A DNA stretch of 64,000 nucleotides from Octopus sinensis (taxonomy: Eukaryota): positions 32,736,001 to 32,800,000 of the forward strand of contig NC_043017.1 of the NCBI RefSeq assembly GCF_006345805.1, read 5' to 3'. The position numbers were made by a program, and so were the translations under genes. How positions within the stretch are numbered: position 1 is the stretch's first letter; each line of letters opens with the position of its first letter. The notes under the pieces are model-generated. The model was not told the origin of the DNA and searched no databases. It saw only the letters and a list, made by a program, of their open reading frames with translations. Shown one piece after another: positions 24,990-37,918 of the stretch.

Positions 24990-25560
24990 AGGCGCAGGAG
25001 TGGCTGTGTGGTAAGTAGCTTGCTAACCAACCATATGGTTCCGGGTTCAGTCCCACTGCGTGGCATCTTGGGCAAGTGTCTTCTGCTATAGCCCCGAGCT
25101 GACCAATGCCTTGTGAGTGGATTTGGTAGACGGAAACTGAAAGAAGCCTGTTGTATATATATATATGAATGTATATATATATATATGCAGGAGTGGCTGT
25201 GTGGTAAGTAGCTTGCTAACCAACCACATGGTTCTGGGTTCAGTCCCACTGCGTGGCATCTTGGGCAAGTGTCTTCTGCTATAGCCCCGGGCCAACCAAT
25301 GCCTTGTGAGTATGTATATATATATATGTATGTATGTGTGTGTATGTGTTTGTGTGTCTGTGTTTGTCCCCCTAGCATTGCTTGACAACCGATGCTGGTG
25401 TGTTCACGTCCCCGTCACTTAGCAGTTCGGCAAAAGAGACCGATAGAATAAGTATTGGGCTTACAAAGAATAAGTCCCGGGGTGGATTTGCTCGACTAAA
25501 GGCGGTGCTCCAGCATGGCCACAGTCAAATGACTGAAACAAGTAAAAGAGTAAAGAGTAA
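24990..25560 (+). mobile_element. CORE-type SINE (family A) with a duplicated tRNA-like head
   Basis: Head at 24990 repeats at ~25187 and is followed by a single tail ending AAGTAAAAGAGTAAAGAGT. Confidence 0.9.
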
Positions 25561-26491
25561 AACAAAATTTGCTTTGGAATGAAGTTTTTTGCAGCATTTG
25601 TTATACATCAAATTACATTCACCTCTTTCTAACTCTCACACCATTAAAATGCTGTAAAGTAGAGATTGACTTTTTGAAAACCTATAGCGAAAAAGCTATT
25701 GTTCACCAATCGAGAAATAAAATAAGTAAAAATAAATCTTTTATTGAAATAAGTTCCTACTCGCATAATGCAAGATACCTTTTGACTTAAAACAGCAGAA
25801 TGGTCATAAGCTCTTAAAGGAATTGCTACAAATCTTTGGCACCATTAATTGTAGATTATTTTGTAGGTAGAAAAGAATTGCTTTTTTTTTTTGCTTTTAA
25901 ATTACATCTCTTTCCATAAAATATTTCAGACCTTGGACTCAATTCTATTTAGTTCATCATTTATTCATTGACTGTCAACCGCCACTATCCGCCATTTGGC
26001 ATTATCTTACGACATTAGAGATTCCACAAAATGACAAAATTACAGACACATTAATCTCAGTCTCCAAATTTGGCAGCAAAAGCTAAAATCCTGAGCAAGT
26101 AAATGTTAGAGTGAGATGTTAGAGAATTAAAGTAAGTTCCATTTTATTTACTTTGTCTTTCTTTCTTTCTTTCTTTCTTTCTTTTTTTCTTTCTTTTTCT
26201 TTCTTTCTTAACAAAATACTTTTATTTATGGGATTAATATTTTGTTCCTCTGTTTACTGTTTTGTTGTCTTAAATATTTCTTTTGTAAAAAGTATGTTCT
26301 GGAATAGAACCAAACCAAAACTATTAATGCATCTTTATTTAACCGATTTCAACATTTTAATGCTTGTTCTTTGTGTACACCTCATGGACATTAGATCCTG
26401 AAATATCAAAAAAATTAAAAGAATGAAGGGCTTTGAAATTAAATATTATGAAAAGATGCTGCATTTTCCTATTGTTAGGAAAGAAAGTTTT

Positions 26492-26740
26492 CATCATCAT
26501 CAGCATCAGCATCATTTAACGTCCGTTCTCCATGCTAGCATGGGTTGGACGGTTCGACCGGGGGATCTTGGAAGCCAGAAGGCTGCACCAGGCTCCAGTT
26601 TGATCTGGCAGTGTTTCTACAGCTGGATGCCCTTCCTAAAGCCAACCACTCCGAGAGTGTAGTGGGTGCTTTTTACGTGCCACCGGTGCAGGTGCCAGGT
26701 TGGGCTGGCATCGGCCACGTTCAGAAGGTGCTTTTTACAT
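26492..26740 (-). mobile_element. (GAT)n-tailed SINE-like element (family D)
   Basis: CATCAT-TTTAACGTCCG...CCATGCTAGCATGGGTTGGACGG...CTGGATGCCCTTCCTAA. Confidence 0.85.
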
Positions 26741-27517
26741 ACCACTGTAAACAATAAAACTGTTTTGTTCTTTGAAAAGACAAGATGGGATGGCTATGCT
26801 CAGAACGACTTTAATTACAGGTATGATTTCAGTCCGAAAAAACAGGTATCTAATCAAGGCATGTAATTCTGTTTGGTTCAGCTTGCTTCGTTGATACATG
26901 CTCTACTCCTAGTTAATAACTGAGTGCTTCTTATTGAATTTAATGGAAAGTAGATTTATGCTGTTAAAAAAAAGAAATATCACTTCTACCTATGTCTCCC
27001 TATGAAAATTGATGGCAATCAGGAATGAAAAAAAGTAATGCCTGATAGTTTTATCTTTTATCGGTTACTTGTTATAGTCATTAAACTGTGACCATGCTGG
27101 GGCACTACTTTCAAGAGTTTTTGAATCTAATGTATCAACTCCAGTACTTACATTCTTTTAAGCCTCGTACTTATTCTATTGATATCTTTTTGCTGAGCTG
27201 CTAAGTTACGGGGACATGAAGACACCGACAACGATTCTCAGACACCGGTGGGAGACAAACACAGACATAAAGTCACACATATATATACACCTGATGGACT
27301 TCCTTCAGTTTCTGTCTACAAAATCCACTCACGATGCTTCAGTCAGCCCAAAGCTATAGTAGAAGACACTTGGCCAAGGTGTCAAGGACTGAATCCAGAA
27401 CCATGTAGTTGAGAAGCAAGCTTCTTACCAAACAGCCATGCCTGTACCTATGAGTGTACCTCTTTCTCTCTCTCTATCCATCCATCCATCCATCCATCTG
27501 GCTGCCTATCTATCTAT

Positions 27518-27750
27518 CTTATTTCTTTACTGCCCACAAGGGGCTAAACATAGAGAGGACAAACAAGGACAGCCAAAGGGATTAAGTCGATTACATCGAC
27601 CCCAGTGTGTAACAGGTATTTATTTAATCAACTCCGAAAGGATGAAAGGCTTACGACCTCGACGGAATTTGAACTCAGAACGTAGCGGCAGACAAAATAC
27701 TGCTATGCATTTCGCCCGGTGTGCTAACATTTCTGCCAGCTCACTGCCTT
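27518..27750 (-). mobile_element. Meta-type SINE (family B)
   Basis: Reverse complement of family B, inserted in a (CTAT/CCAT)n tract. Confidence 0.85.
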
Positions 27751-29131
27751 CTATCTGTCTATCTGTCCATCCCTCCATCCATCAGGCTGCCTATCTCTCT
27801 GTCTATCTATCTATTGGTCTGCCATTCTGTCTCTCTGTCTGCTTGTCTAGTTATCTACCTGCTTATCCACCTACAGTGTATCTGTTCATGGCATAGAAAT
27901 GAGTTTGAAGCCTGTACAACGTTTCCATCAATTACAATTATTATAGCCACCCATGTAGCCATTTGCAGCTACAGAGAAACTTCCACACCTCTCCATGCCC
28001 CCTTGACAAAGTGCAACATTCAAAGTGTCCCAACAGGTGGCAGAGAGAACTTCATCAGTTCTCAAATGGTACTTTTTTGTATTGACCTTCAAGATATGAA
28101 CAGTAAAGTTTATCTCAGTGTTATTTGAACTCTATACACAGAGAGCTGGAAATAAATATCGCAGCAAACCATATCTTTATATCACAAACAATCAATTTAT
28201 GTCAAAATACATAAATTTAACCATTCAACAAATTGAGATTGCTGAAGTAAGTACCAGACTGATATAAGTACTTAGGGTTAGAAAGGCAAGTTTTGTCTAG
28301 CAAATATTTGTCTAGCAAATATTACCTACTTGCAAACAAATGTGGTAACATGTAACATTATTAACCGAGGTTACCGTGGTCTTTTCCGTAGGCTTTTCTT
28401 TCCACGGATAAACCTTATCTGCTTCCCCCTTTACACTTTACATCATGACATTTCTGTGATACACAATCCCTATTGATCGTTTTTTCTTTCCTTTTTTCTT
28501 TTTTTAATCTTTTTTCTTTTCTTTTTTTTCCTTTCCATTTTACAATCCCTTTTGATCGAAAACCTACCCCATTTTTTTTCTCTCCCCAAAAAGAAAAGCT
28601 CTACTTTGTAATCTGTCCCATCTGTGTGCAGCCCTGTGTGACTAATAAAGAAACATAAAACCATTAAGCATTGCATTAGCTACAAGCCAATGATTGCATG
28701 TATGTGTGTATATGTGTATGCATGTTTGTTGGACTGTATGTATGTGTGTGTCTGATTATATATGTATGTATGTAAAATATGAATTAGAGATAAAACCACT
28801 TTTATGCAACTCAAACAGTGATAGACATAAACCAATACATAAATAACAAATAATATATATATATATATATATAAGTTTAACAATTAAGGATAATCTCTTA
28901 ATAAGGGATCTTAACAAGAAATTATCGGGTAGCTAGCGTGAAAACCTCATAAAAGAACAAAGAATTCGAAAATAATTTTTTCTTTTGAACAATTAATTAT
29001 ATCTATATTGTATAGAGGCATTATTACACATAAATGCCTCACACTAGGAGGGACAAAGTCATTACTACCAAAATTATACTAATCATACCCAATGCAGTTT
29101 TTCAAAGCAAGACATTTAAAAAAATGAATTT

Positions 29132-29189
29132 AGTTCTGTATCACCGTGATTTCACATTCAACTTACGTCTAATGATCGTCAGCAGAACT
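29132..29189 (-). ncRNA. Type I hammerhead ribozyme motif (best formed in window)
   Basis: Minus strand reads AGTTCTG CTGACGA T CATT A GAC GTAA GTT G AATG T GAAA TCAC G GTGA TA CAGAACT. Stem I is 7 bp, stem II is capped by a GNRA loop (GUAA), stem III is quasi-palindromic, and the triplet is AUA. Confidence 0.78.
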
Positions 29190-29359
29190 GATTCTGACAA
29201 CATCATAAATAAACTACCAACCTTACGTAGCGAAGACGTAAAAAGCGCCATTTACCGGATATATGATTATAAACATTCCATGTGCTTGGCCGGAGTGAGC
29301 AGTTGTCTGTTCGTCTTCGCTACGTAAGGTTGGTAGTTATTTATATGTGTTCAGAATCA

Positions 29360-29415
29360 GTTTGCTGACGATCATTAGACGTAAGTTGAATGTGAAATCA
29401 CGGTGATACAGAACT
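29360..29415 (+). ncRNA. Type I hammerhead ribozyme motif (mirror copy; 1-nt deletion in stem I 5' strand)
   Basis: GTTTG CTGACGA(29365-29371)...GAAA(29394-29397) TCACGGTGA TA CAGAACT. Confidence 0.72.
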
Positions 29416-31116
29416 AAATTCATTTTTTTAAATGTCTTGCTTGAAAACATGCATTTGGGTATGATTAGTATAATTTTGGTAGTAATGACTTTGTCCCTCC
29501 TAGTGTGAGGCATTTATGTGTAATAATGCCCTCTATATAATTATATATATATAATTATAATTATATTATTTGTTATTTATGTATTGGTTTATGTCTATCA
29601 CTGTTTGAGTTGCATAAAAGTGGTTTTATCTCTAATTCATATTTTATATATTTATATTGCGAAATTTGATTTAATACTAAATTGAATTTTTCCCTGTAAG
29701 TTTGGAGTTATACTCCCTAATATTATTATTATGTATGTATGTATGTATGGAAACTGAAGTTTCTCCAGATATTATATCATAGGCAATTATGGTCCTCAGA
29801 GCAGAACCAAACATTTAGTTGGTTGCTATAATAAAGCTTTTATAAATTGACGATAATCAAAAGCCATAAGCATGTTGATACAATTTACATGTCTAGCAAA
29901 TTCATCAGATATAAATTTTCACTTTCTCATTAATATTGCAACACAGATTTGTACTTGTAATAAATATCTTTCTATATCAAGTTATTTTTAATAATGATTA
30001 TAATTAATTTTCTCCAGTTAGCATTTTAATGTTTTGTACATTAAATACTATGGCAGTTATAAAACTATTGTTGTTAACGCTTGCCGAACTGCTAAGTTAC
30101 AGGGACGTAAACACACCAGCATCGGTTGTCAAGCTGTGTTGGGGGGACAAACACAGACACACAAACATATACACACATACATATATATATGCATATATGC
30201 AACGGTCTTCTTTCAGTTTCCGTCTACCAAATTCACTCACAAGGCTTTGGTCGGCCCAAAACTATAGTAGAAAACACTTGCCCAAGGTGCCACGCAATGA
30301 GAATGAACCCGGAACTATGAGGTTGGTAAGCAAGCTACTTTATTTCATAAAATTTGTCATATAGACAGTACAAAGGGTGCGTAGCTTTGCGGGCTGGACA
30401 AACACATTAATGAATGAAAATGAATAAATGAGAGACGAAACCCAACACTCACCGATTGGATCTTCTCGAAAAAATATTTTCTTTTTTTAAAAATCAATAT
30501 GAGGTTTCAAATCTCTTAGAAGAAGGAGGCACTAAAACCTCTTACTTAACATGTTTTTTTTTTACCACACTACTTACCACACAGCCACTCCCGTGCCTAT
30601 ATAAGAAAAGTAATACACACGAAAATTGTTTTGTCTCAAGACAATAGTTTCTGAAGGAAAATGTTATCAGATTTGTTCATGGAAGTCCAGATGCATCCAA
30701 GGAAAATGTGTGAACAAAAGCAAAAAAAAAAGCAAAAGAAAAACAACGAAAAAAAATGCGTTAGCCCTTCCCTCTCCTTTGGGATAAAACTGTGAGGTGT
30801 TAAGAGAGAGGATGGAAAAATGTCTGTGTGAGAAAGTCTGTGGGGAGAAAGTAGAAACACAGAGTTGAAGTGGAGAGTGTTAGCGAAAAGCGAAACAAGA
30901 TTCCTAAAAACGCCATCAGTTCTAAGTGCCAAATTCTCTGCTTTTCTTTCTTTCAGTCTCTTTTTCATCTTCCAGTTCCCCACCCCCTACTCTCTCTCTC
31001 TTTGCCAGTCTTTCAGGTTCCTTTTCCTTTGTTTTTAAGTTTCCTGTTAGTAAGTCATTTACCTTTAATATCTTTCTCTTTCTTTAACTCCCCTTTTCTC
31101 TTTCTGTTTCATCCTA

Positions 31117-31160
<44 letters not shown>

Positions 31161-31960
31161 CACTGATAGTTTCTTATCTTCCTATTGGCTACACCTTTTC
31201 TCTTTCACTATGTCTCTCTTTCTTTTCTTATCTTTGTCCCCCAATTTCACTCCCCCTCTCATCCCCCACTTTATCTCTCCCACTTCAATCAATCAACACA
31301 AATCAGATCATCCCAAACAGTTTTGCACATCAGATGGCTGTTCTTATAATTCAGTGTTCTTTTATCAGATATGGAGGTTGCTAGAATTGAACTGACAACT
31401 CCATGCTTCTTTGAGCTCTATTTTCTGTGTTTACATGCTGAGGCAAGCAGATATCTTTCATCAGAACTTCTATCCAAAAGCTCTTACCTACTAAAACTCA
31501 TTTGAGCTAGCAATCATCATCGTCATCATTGTCATCGTCAAAACCAACACCACCACCACCATCACCACCATCACCACCACCACCTAGTCAAGCTTGCTCA
31601 GACATTTTTAACTTACATACACCTGAATGCCTTACCTGATGTCAACTCCCACCTGTTTCCAAGTGAAATAATATTCTTTCAGTCAATGAAACAAAAATCA
31701 TGGAGAACTGGAAACAAATGACTCTGTATGAATGAGACTTTTACTTGTTTTAGTCATAAGCGTAGCACTTATTCTATCATTCTCTTTTGCCAAACCGCTA
31801 AGTAACAGGGACGTAAACACACCAGCATCAGTTGTCAAGCGATGTTGGGGAGACAAAGACAGACACACAAACACATACGCACTACAGCCATATCATGTCA
31901 GTACTTAGATTGGTGACCGCTTGAGAAACCTAGGTGCTGTAAGCATAGCACATTGTTCAA

Positions 31961-33550
31961 AGGCAGTGCTCCAGCATGGCCACAGTCAAATGACTGAAAC
32001 AAGTAAAAGAGTGGAGAGTATATATACGGTAGGCTTCTTTCAGTTCCGTCTACCAAATCCACTCACAAGGCTTTGGTCGGCCCGAGGCTATAGTAGAAGA
32101 CACTTTGCCCAGGTGCCATGCAATGGGACTGAACCTGGAACCATGTGGTTGGTAAACAAGCTACTTACCACACAGCCACTCCTGCACTTCTGATCACAGA
32201 GATATGCTTTTGCAGTGGTCTGCCAGCAAACAACACGGTTTGACATCATCTCTGATGCCATTGTTTACCGTTTCCAAGACAAGGAACATACCACGAGGGG
32301 GTTCTAAAAGTTCTTGGTTTTGTGTAAAAGAAAATGCATGCAGATCCATTAATTATGATTTTATTCAACATATTATAGGTGCAGGAGAGGCTGTGTGGTA
32401 AGTAGCTTGCTTACCAACCACACAGTTCCGGGTTCAGTCCCACTGTGTGGCACCTTGGGCAAGTGTCTTCTACTATAGCCTCGGGCCGACCAAAGCCTTG
32501 TGAGTAGATTTGGTGGACGGAAACTGAAAGAAACCTGTCGTATATATATATATATATGTATATATATGTGTGTGTGTGTCTTTGTTGTCTGTGGTTGTCT
32601 CCCCAACATCGCTTGACAACCGATGCTGGTGTGTTTATGTCCCTTTACTTAGGTTCGGCAAAAGAGACCAAAGGATAAGTACTAGGCTTACAAAAGAATA
32701 AGTCCTGGGGTCGATTTCGTCGACTAAAAGGCGGTGCTCCAGCATGGCCGCAGTCAAATGACTGAAACAAGTAAAAGAGTGGAGAGTATATATACGGTAG
32801 GCTTCTTTCAGTTTCCGTCTACCAAATCCACTCACAAGGCTTTGGTCGGCCCGAGGCTATAGTAGAAGACACTTGCCCAAGGTGCCATGCAATGGGACTG
32901 AACCTGGAACCATGTGGTTGGTAAACAAGCTACTTACCACACAGCCACTCCTGCACTTCTGATCACAGAGATATGCTTTTGCAGTGGTCTGCCAGCAAAC
33001 AACACGGTTTGACATCATCTCTGATGCCATTGTTTACCGTTTCCAAGACAAGGAACATACACACGAGGGGGTGCTCAAAAGTTCTTGGTTTTGTGTAAAA
33101 GAAAATGCATGCAGATCCATTAATTATGATTTTATTCAACAATTAAGGTGCAGGAGAGGCTGTGTGGTAAGTAGCTTGCTTACCAACCACACAGTTCCGG
33201 GTTCAGTCCCACTGTGTGGCACCTTGGGCAAGTGTCTTCTACTATAGCCTCGGGCCGACCAAAGCCTTGTGAGTAGATTTGGTGGACGGAACTGAAAGAA
33301 ACCTGTCGTATATATATATATATATGTATATATATGTGTGTGTGTGTCTTTGTGTGTCTGTGTTTGTCTCCCCAACATCGCTTGACAACCGATGCTGGTG
33401 TGTTTATGTCCCTGTTACTTAGGGTTCGGCAAAAGAGACCAAAGGATAAGTACTAGGCTTACAAAAGAATAAGTCCTGGGGTCGATTTCGTCGACTAAAA
33501 GGCGGTGCTCCAGCATGGCCGCAGTCAAATGACTGAAACAAGTAAAAGAG
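31961..33550. repeat. ~768-bp tandem duplication containing opposed family A SINEs and a mariner-MITE end
   Basis: GTGGAGAGTATATATACGGTAGGC occurs at 32011 and 32779; the copies differ mainly by 1-bp indels. Confidence 0.9.
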
Positions 33551-33714
33551 AAAAAAAAATAAATAAAAGAGATATTCTCCTCTCAGATTCACACACTTAT
33601 TGCAGTGGTCCTTTCATTTTCCTAATCACTGTAAAAGAACTTCGAAGATTGAGCATCCAACAAGGTCTTTCATGATACCCTTAAAGCCCAGGAACTTTGC
33701 TGCACCGCCTTGTA
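33062..33714. mobile_element. Mariner-type MITE interrupted by a family A SINE (33146-33572)
   Basis: Left TIR ACGAGGGGGTGCTCAAAAGTTC and degenerate right TIR GAACTTTGCTGCACCGCCTTGTA; the halves join at TTTATTCAAC|ATATTCT, as in the 2105-2251 copy. Confidence 0.7.
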
Positions 33715-33879
33715 CGTATATATAGATGAAAGGTTTGTGAGTGGATTTGGTAGATGGAAACTGAAAGAAGCTCATCGTGTGTGTGTGTGTCTGTGTGTGC
33801 ACGTGTGTGCGCGTGTGTGTATGTGTGTCTGTTTCCAATGTTCTATGAAACCATGTTTTGTCATGGGAAATATAACCCC

Positions 33880-34222
33880 ACATCATCATCATCATCATTG
33901 CTCGACTGTGGTCGAGACAATGGAATTTACCATGCTACGCCAGACTTCACGGTCCATCATGGCATTACGGAGGTCCTGTTGCTGGATGCCTGTATCCCTG
34001 GAGATTACATCAGGGTAGGAAAGTGTGCACCCTCTGGTATCGCGAGCAGATGGCTTCCAGAGGGGAAGAGCAGAAATTACCTCGTTTTCAGCTCCACAAC
34101 AATGTCCAGCAAACTGGACTCTCCTACCCTTCACAAAAGATGACACAGGTGGTAGTTTCCCATATATTTGCATTTTGGTTGGATGGCGCTTCCACGAGAG
34201 ATTTTGAGCTCTCATAACCCCA
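33880..34222 (-). mobile_element. RTE-clade LINE 3' end (C-terminal ORF fragment plus (TGA)n tail)
   Basis: MRAQNLSWKRHPTKMQIYGKLPPVSSFVKGRRVQFAGHCCG...LWKP...DVISRDTG...AMMDREVWR, a typical RTE post-RT C-terminus (RR..FAGH; M.DR..WR). Confidence 0.85.
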
Positions 34223-34621
34223 CATAGAAGCAGGTGAGGGTTGACAACAAGAAGAGCATCCAGCCATAGAAAATCTGTCACAACAAATTCCAGCTGACAC
34301 ATTCAAGCGTCGGAAAGTGGATGTTTTAACGATGATGATGATGATGTTGATGTATGTGTATATGTGTGTGAACAGGAATAAAGAGACAGAGTGAAACAGA
34401 GAGAGAGAGAGAGAGAAAATAATAAATAGAGAAGTGAAATATCCAAAACATGAAGGAGTGTATATTTGACTAAAAATCTGCAGTTTTCTTGATTTGTAAC
34501 TCTTAATTATATGTGTCCGATTGTTTAAATGAGTTGAGACACTCAGACAAATAAATTGGACACACAGACAGATAAATGGATTCAGAGAATTCAGTGTTTA
34601 GATTTAAGATGCTTCTACATT

Positions 34622-34627
34622 TGATGA

Positions 34628-34661
<34 letters not shown>

Positions 34662-34958
34662 GGTGGTGGTGGTGGTGGTGGTGGTGGTGGATTGTGGTGG
34701 TGGTGGTGGTGATGATGATGATGATGGTGATGATGAGGATGATGATGGTGATGATGATGATGATGATGATGATGAGGATGATGATGATGATGATGATGAT
34801 GTGATGATGGTGGTGGTGGTGGTGGTGGTGGTGGTGGTGGTGGTGGTGTGGTGGTGGTGGTGGTGGTGGTGTGGTGGTGGTGGTGATGATGATGATGATG
34901 GTGATGATGAGGATGATGATGGTGATGATGATGATGATGATGATGATGAGGATGATGA

Positions 34959-34992
<34 letters not shown>

Positions 34993-35021
34993 GGTGGTGG
35001 TGGTGATGATGATGATGATGA
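34622..35021. repeat. Compound (GAT)n/(GGT)n microsatellite with a ~183-bp higher-order duplication
   Basis: Directly visible; source of the poly-D/V/S ORFs. Confidence 0.95.
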
Positions 35022-35461
35022 CAACTAGAACAATGATAACGATGACAATGACAGCAAGGATGACAAACTCTACAATGACGATGATCTTTCCATTATTAGC
35101 TGGTAGAGCTTAAAGAGACAGAAAAAAAAAGAAAAAATATATAAAATGGTTTGCTAGGATGTTTACAAAGAAAAAGTTTGGGGGTGTGACAGACACATTA
35201 GACAAAGATGAGAGAAGTGGGTGAAAGTCGTTATACAACATATAGACGAAATTAAGATTTTAAAAGCATTAGTATTTGCACAGAAATAAATTATGTGTGA
35301 TAAAACACAATAATTAAAACAAGCTATAATTAAAACAGATAAGAAAGAAAAGTTTATTGACTTGATTAGGTTAGAAGACCACATGACTTTACCTGTGAAG
35401 CAATTTTTGTATTGTTTCCTTGTGTAAACAAAAATGGCATATAACATTATTTTTAGTGGGT

Positions 35462-35840
35462 TCATCATCATCATCATCATTATCATCATCATCGTTTAAC
35501 GTCCGCTTTCCATGCTAGCATGGGTTGGACGGTTCAACTGGGGTCTGGGAAGCCAGAAGGCTGCACCAAGCTCCAGTCTGATCTGGCAATGTTTCTATGG
35601 CTGGATGCCCTTCCTAACGCCAACCACTCCGTGAGTGTAATGGGTGCTTTTTACGTGCCACCAACACAGGTGCCAGACGAGGCTGGCAAACGGCTACGCT
35701 CGGATGGTGCTTTTTACGTGCCACCGGCACGGAGGCCAGGCGAGGATGGCAATGGCCACGATCGGATGGTGTTTGTTACGTACCACCGGCATGGAGGCCA
35801 GTCGATGCGGTGCTGGCTATGGCCACATTCGGATGGTTCG
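35462..35840 (-). mobile_element. Family D element with internal ~60-bp tandem subunits
   Basis: (CAT)n start; TTTTTACGTGCCACC...GGC...CGGATGGT is repeated three times. Confidence 0.85.
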
Positions 35841-35919
35841 GGTTGTAGTTGAAAAAAACCAGTACACCATAGGATCTCTTTTTTTTTCGGCGGGGGGGGG
35901 AGGTGTAGTTGAAAAAATA

Positions 35920-36235
35920 CAGCCACAACAAATTATGAATATTGCTCTCTTTGACAAGATCAGGAATGAAGAGATCCCATGGTGTGCTGGTTTGCCTCCA
36001 ATGATGGAAATAATCATTGATAGAAATTTATGTTGGTTGGGATGTGTACAGATGATGGACAACAACAGATTCCCCACACAAATCCTTTACTCTCAACTAT
36101 GCAAGGGGAAAAGAAACCATGGATGATCTAGAGATTCAAAGATACTGCAAAAAGGAACATAAAGAGGAAAAGGATTGATCGGAATCATAATAAACGGCAA
36201 ACCTAAGTGAAAAAAACTGACCAGTATGGAGCAAG
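35920..36235 (+). mobile_element. Decayed RTE-BovB-like LINE C-terminal fragment
   Basis: DKIRNEEI...LCWLGCVQMMDNNRFPTQILYSQLCKGKRNHG..RFKD..K resembles the WLGHV.RM...R.PK.ILY.EL..GKR motif. Confidence 0.75.
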
Positions 36236-37229
36236 CTTACCAAGTCATAGTTGCAACAACTGACTATGGATAATAGTTGGAAAACAGCAACTTCAGGATA
36301 CTATTTTAATTCATTATAATGTCTTTGATTTTTTTACCAATAACCAAGAGCTAAGTGGAACTGTGGTCATGGCCAGTGCCGGAGACAAGTAAAAGGCACC
36401 TGTTCTAGTGACACCTTAAAGGAACCCATGCAGGTAATAAATCAAAGATACCCAGTACACTCTATGAAATTCCAATGAAGGAGCCTTGGATCAAAGAAGA
36501 AATCTTGAAATAAAACTGAACAACAACAAACAAATCTACCTACCTACCTATGTACGTACCTACCTACCTACCTTCCTACCTACCTACCTTCCTACCTGTC
36601 AGTCAGTCAGTCTGGATAAGCCTGGATTTTCAGAAAAAGAAGACAACCAACTAACTTACACATTACAAATACAATCTGTAAGTGGAACAGTAAAACTCTG
36701 CGAGACTTTTCCCAGATTTTAAAACATGACATTGTTTTACTTTTTCTTCATTTAAAAAAGATGGAGCTTTGTTAGAAACCAGCTCCTTCTTCAAAGGGAA
36801 AAACTTTAAAAATCAAAAACAGAAAAGAACACACACACACACACACAATCTTTAACTTTTGAAATATAATTAAAGTACATAAAATATATAAAGTGTTATA
36901 CATTAAATCGATATCGTCAATTCCTATCATCACTAAATTTCAATTTGTTAAAATTATTATTTTTATGACTGGTATCATTATCAGAAATAGTAGCAGCGAT
37001 GTCATAGTCAAAGTATCAATAGGAAATCAATAAAGACACACGACCATTTCAAGGAACATCGTTAGCAATAATAATAACAACATTATGATACGTATCATAG
37101 TAACGACTTACTAACGTCACTATGACGGCCGTCCTTATCATCGGAATTAATACTTGACTTATTTGCTGCAATATATATGAGATTACGGTGACAGCTATCA
37201 CTGTCAGTGTCATCGTTATACCTATTGTC

Positions 37230-37357
37230 ACCATCAACATCATCATCATCGTCACCATCATCGTCACCATCACGGTCACCATTGTAACCACCGTCACCAT
37301 CGTCACCATCGTCACCACCGTCACCACTGTCATCACCGTCATCACCGTCATCACCAC

Positions 37358-37389
<32 letters not shown>

Positions 37390-37651
37390 CCATCATCACC
37401 GTTATCACCGTCATCACCATCATCATCAACATCACCATCATCATCACCATCACCATCATCATCACCATCACCATCACCATCATCATCACCATCACCATCA
37501 TCATCACCATCACCATCACCATCACCATCACCATCATCATCATCATCATCATCATCACCATCACCATCATCATCACCATCATCATTATCATCATCATCAT
37601 CATCATCATCATCACCATCATCATCATCTCATCATCATCATCATCATCAAC

Positions 37652-37682
<31 letters not shown>

Positions 37683-37862
37683 CATCATCATCACCATCAC
37701 CGTCATCATCATCATCATCACCATCACCATCATCATCACCATCACCATCATCATCACCATCATCATCATCATCATCATCACCATCACCATCATCATCACC
37801 ATCACCATCACCATCACCATCATCATCATCATCATCATCATCACCATCACCATCATCATCAC

Positions 37863-37918
<56 letters not shown>

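Larger units (their letters stand above)
28773..29724. repeat. Nested foldback: outer arms 28773-28855/29563-29646, inner arms 29011-29238/29312-29537, plus 3' terminal motif
   Basis: Arms are reverse complements with small indels. HHRs lie in the inner arms; the terminal motif is at 29662-29724, followed by microsatellite. Confidence 0.93.

Noticed and set aside
31350-31405. miRNA-like hairpin ATGGAGGTTG...CAACTCCAT
   Set aside because: The stem is too short (~9-12 bp) for a pre-miRNA.
34503-35113. Poly-Asp/Val/Ser ORFs
   Set aside because: Artefacts of the (GAT)n/(GGT)n microsatellite.
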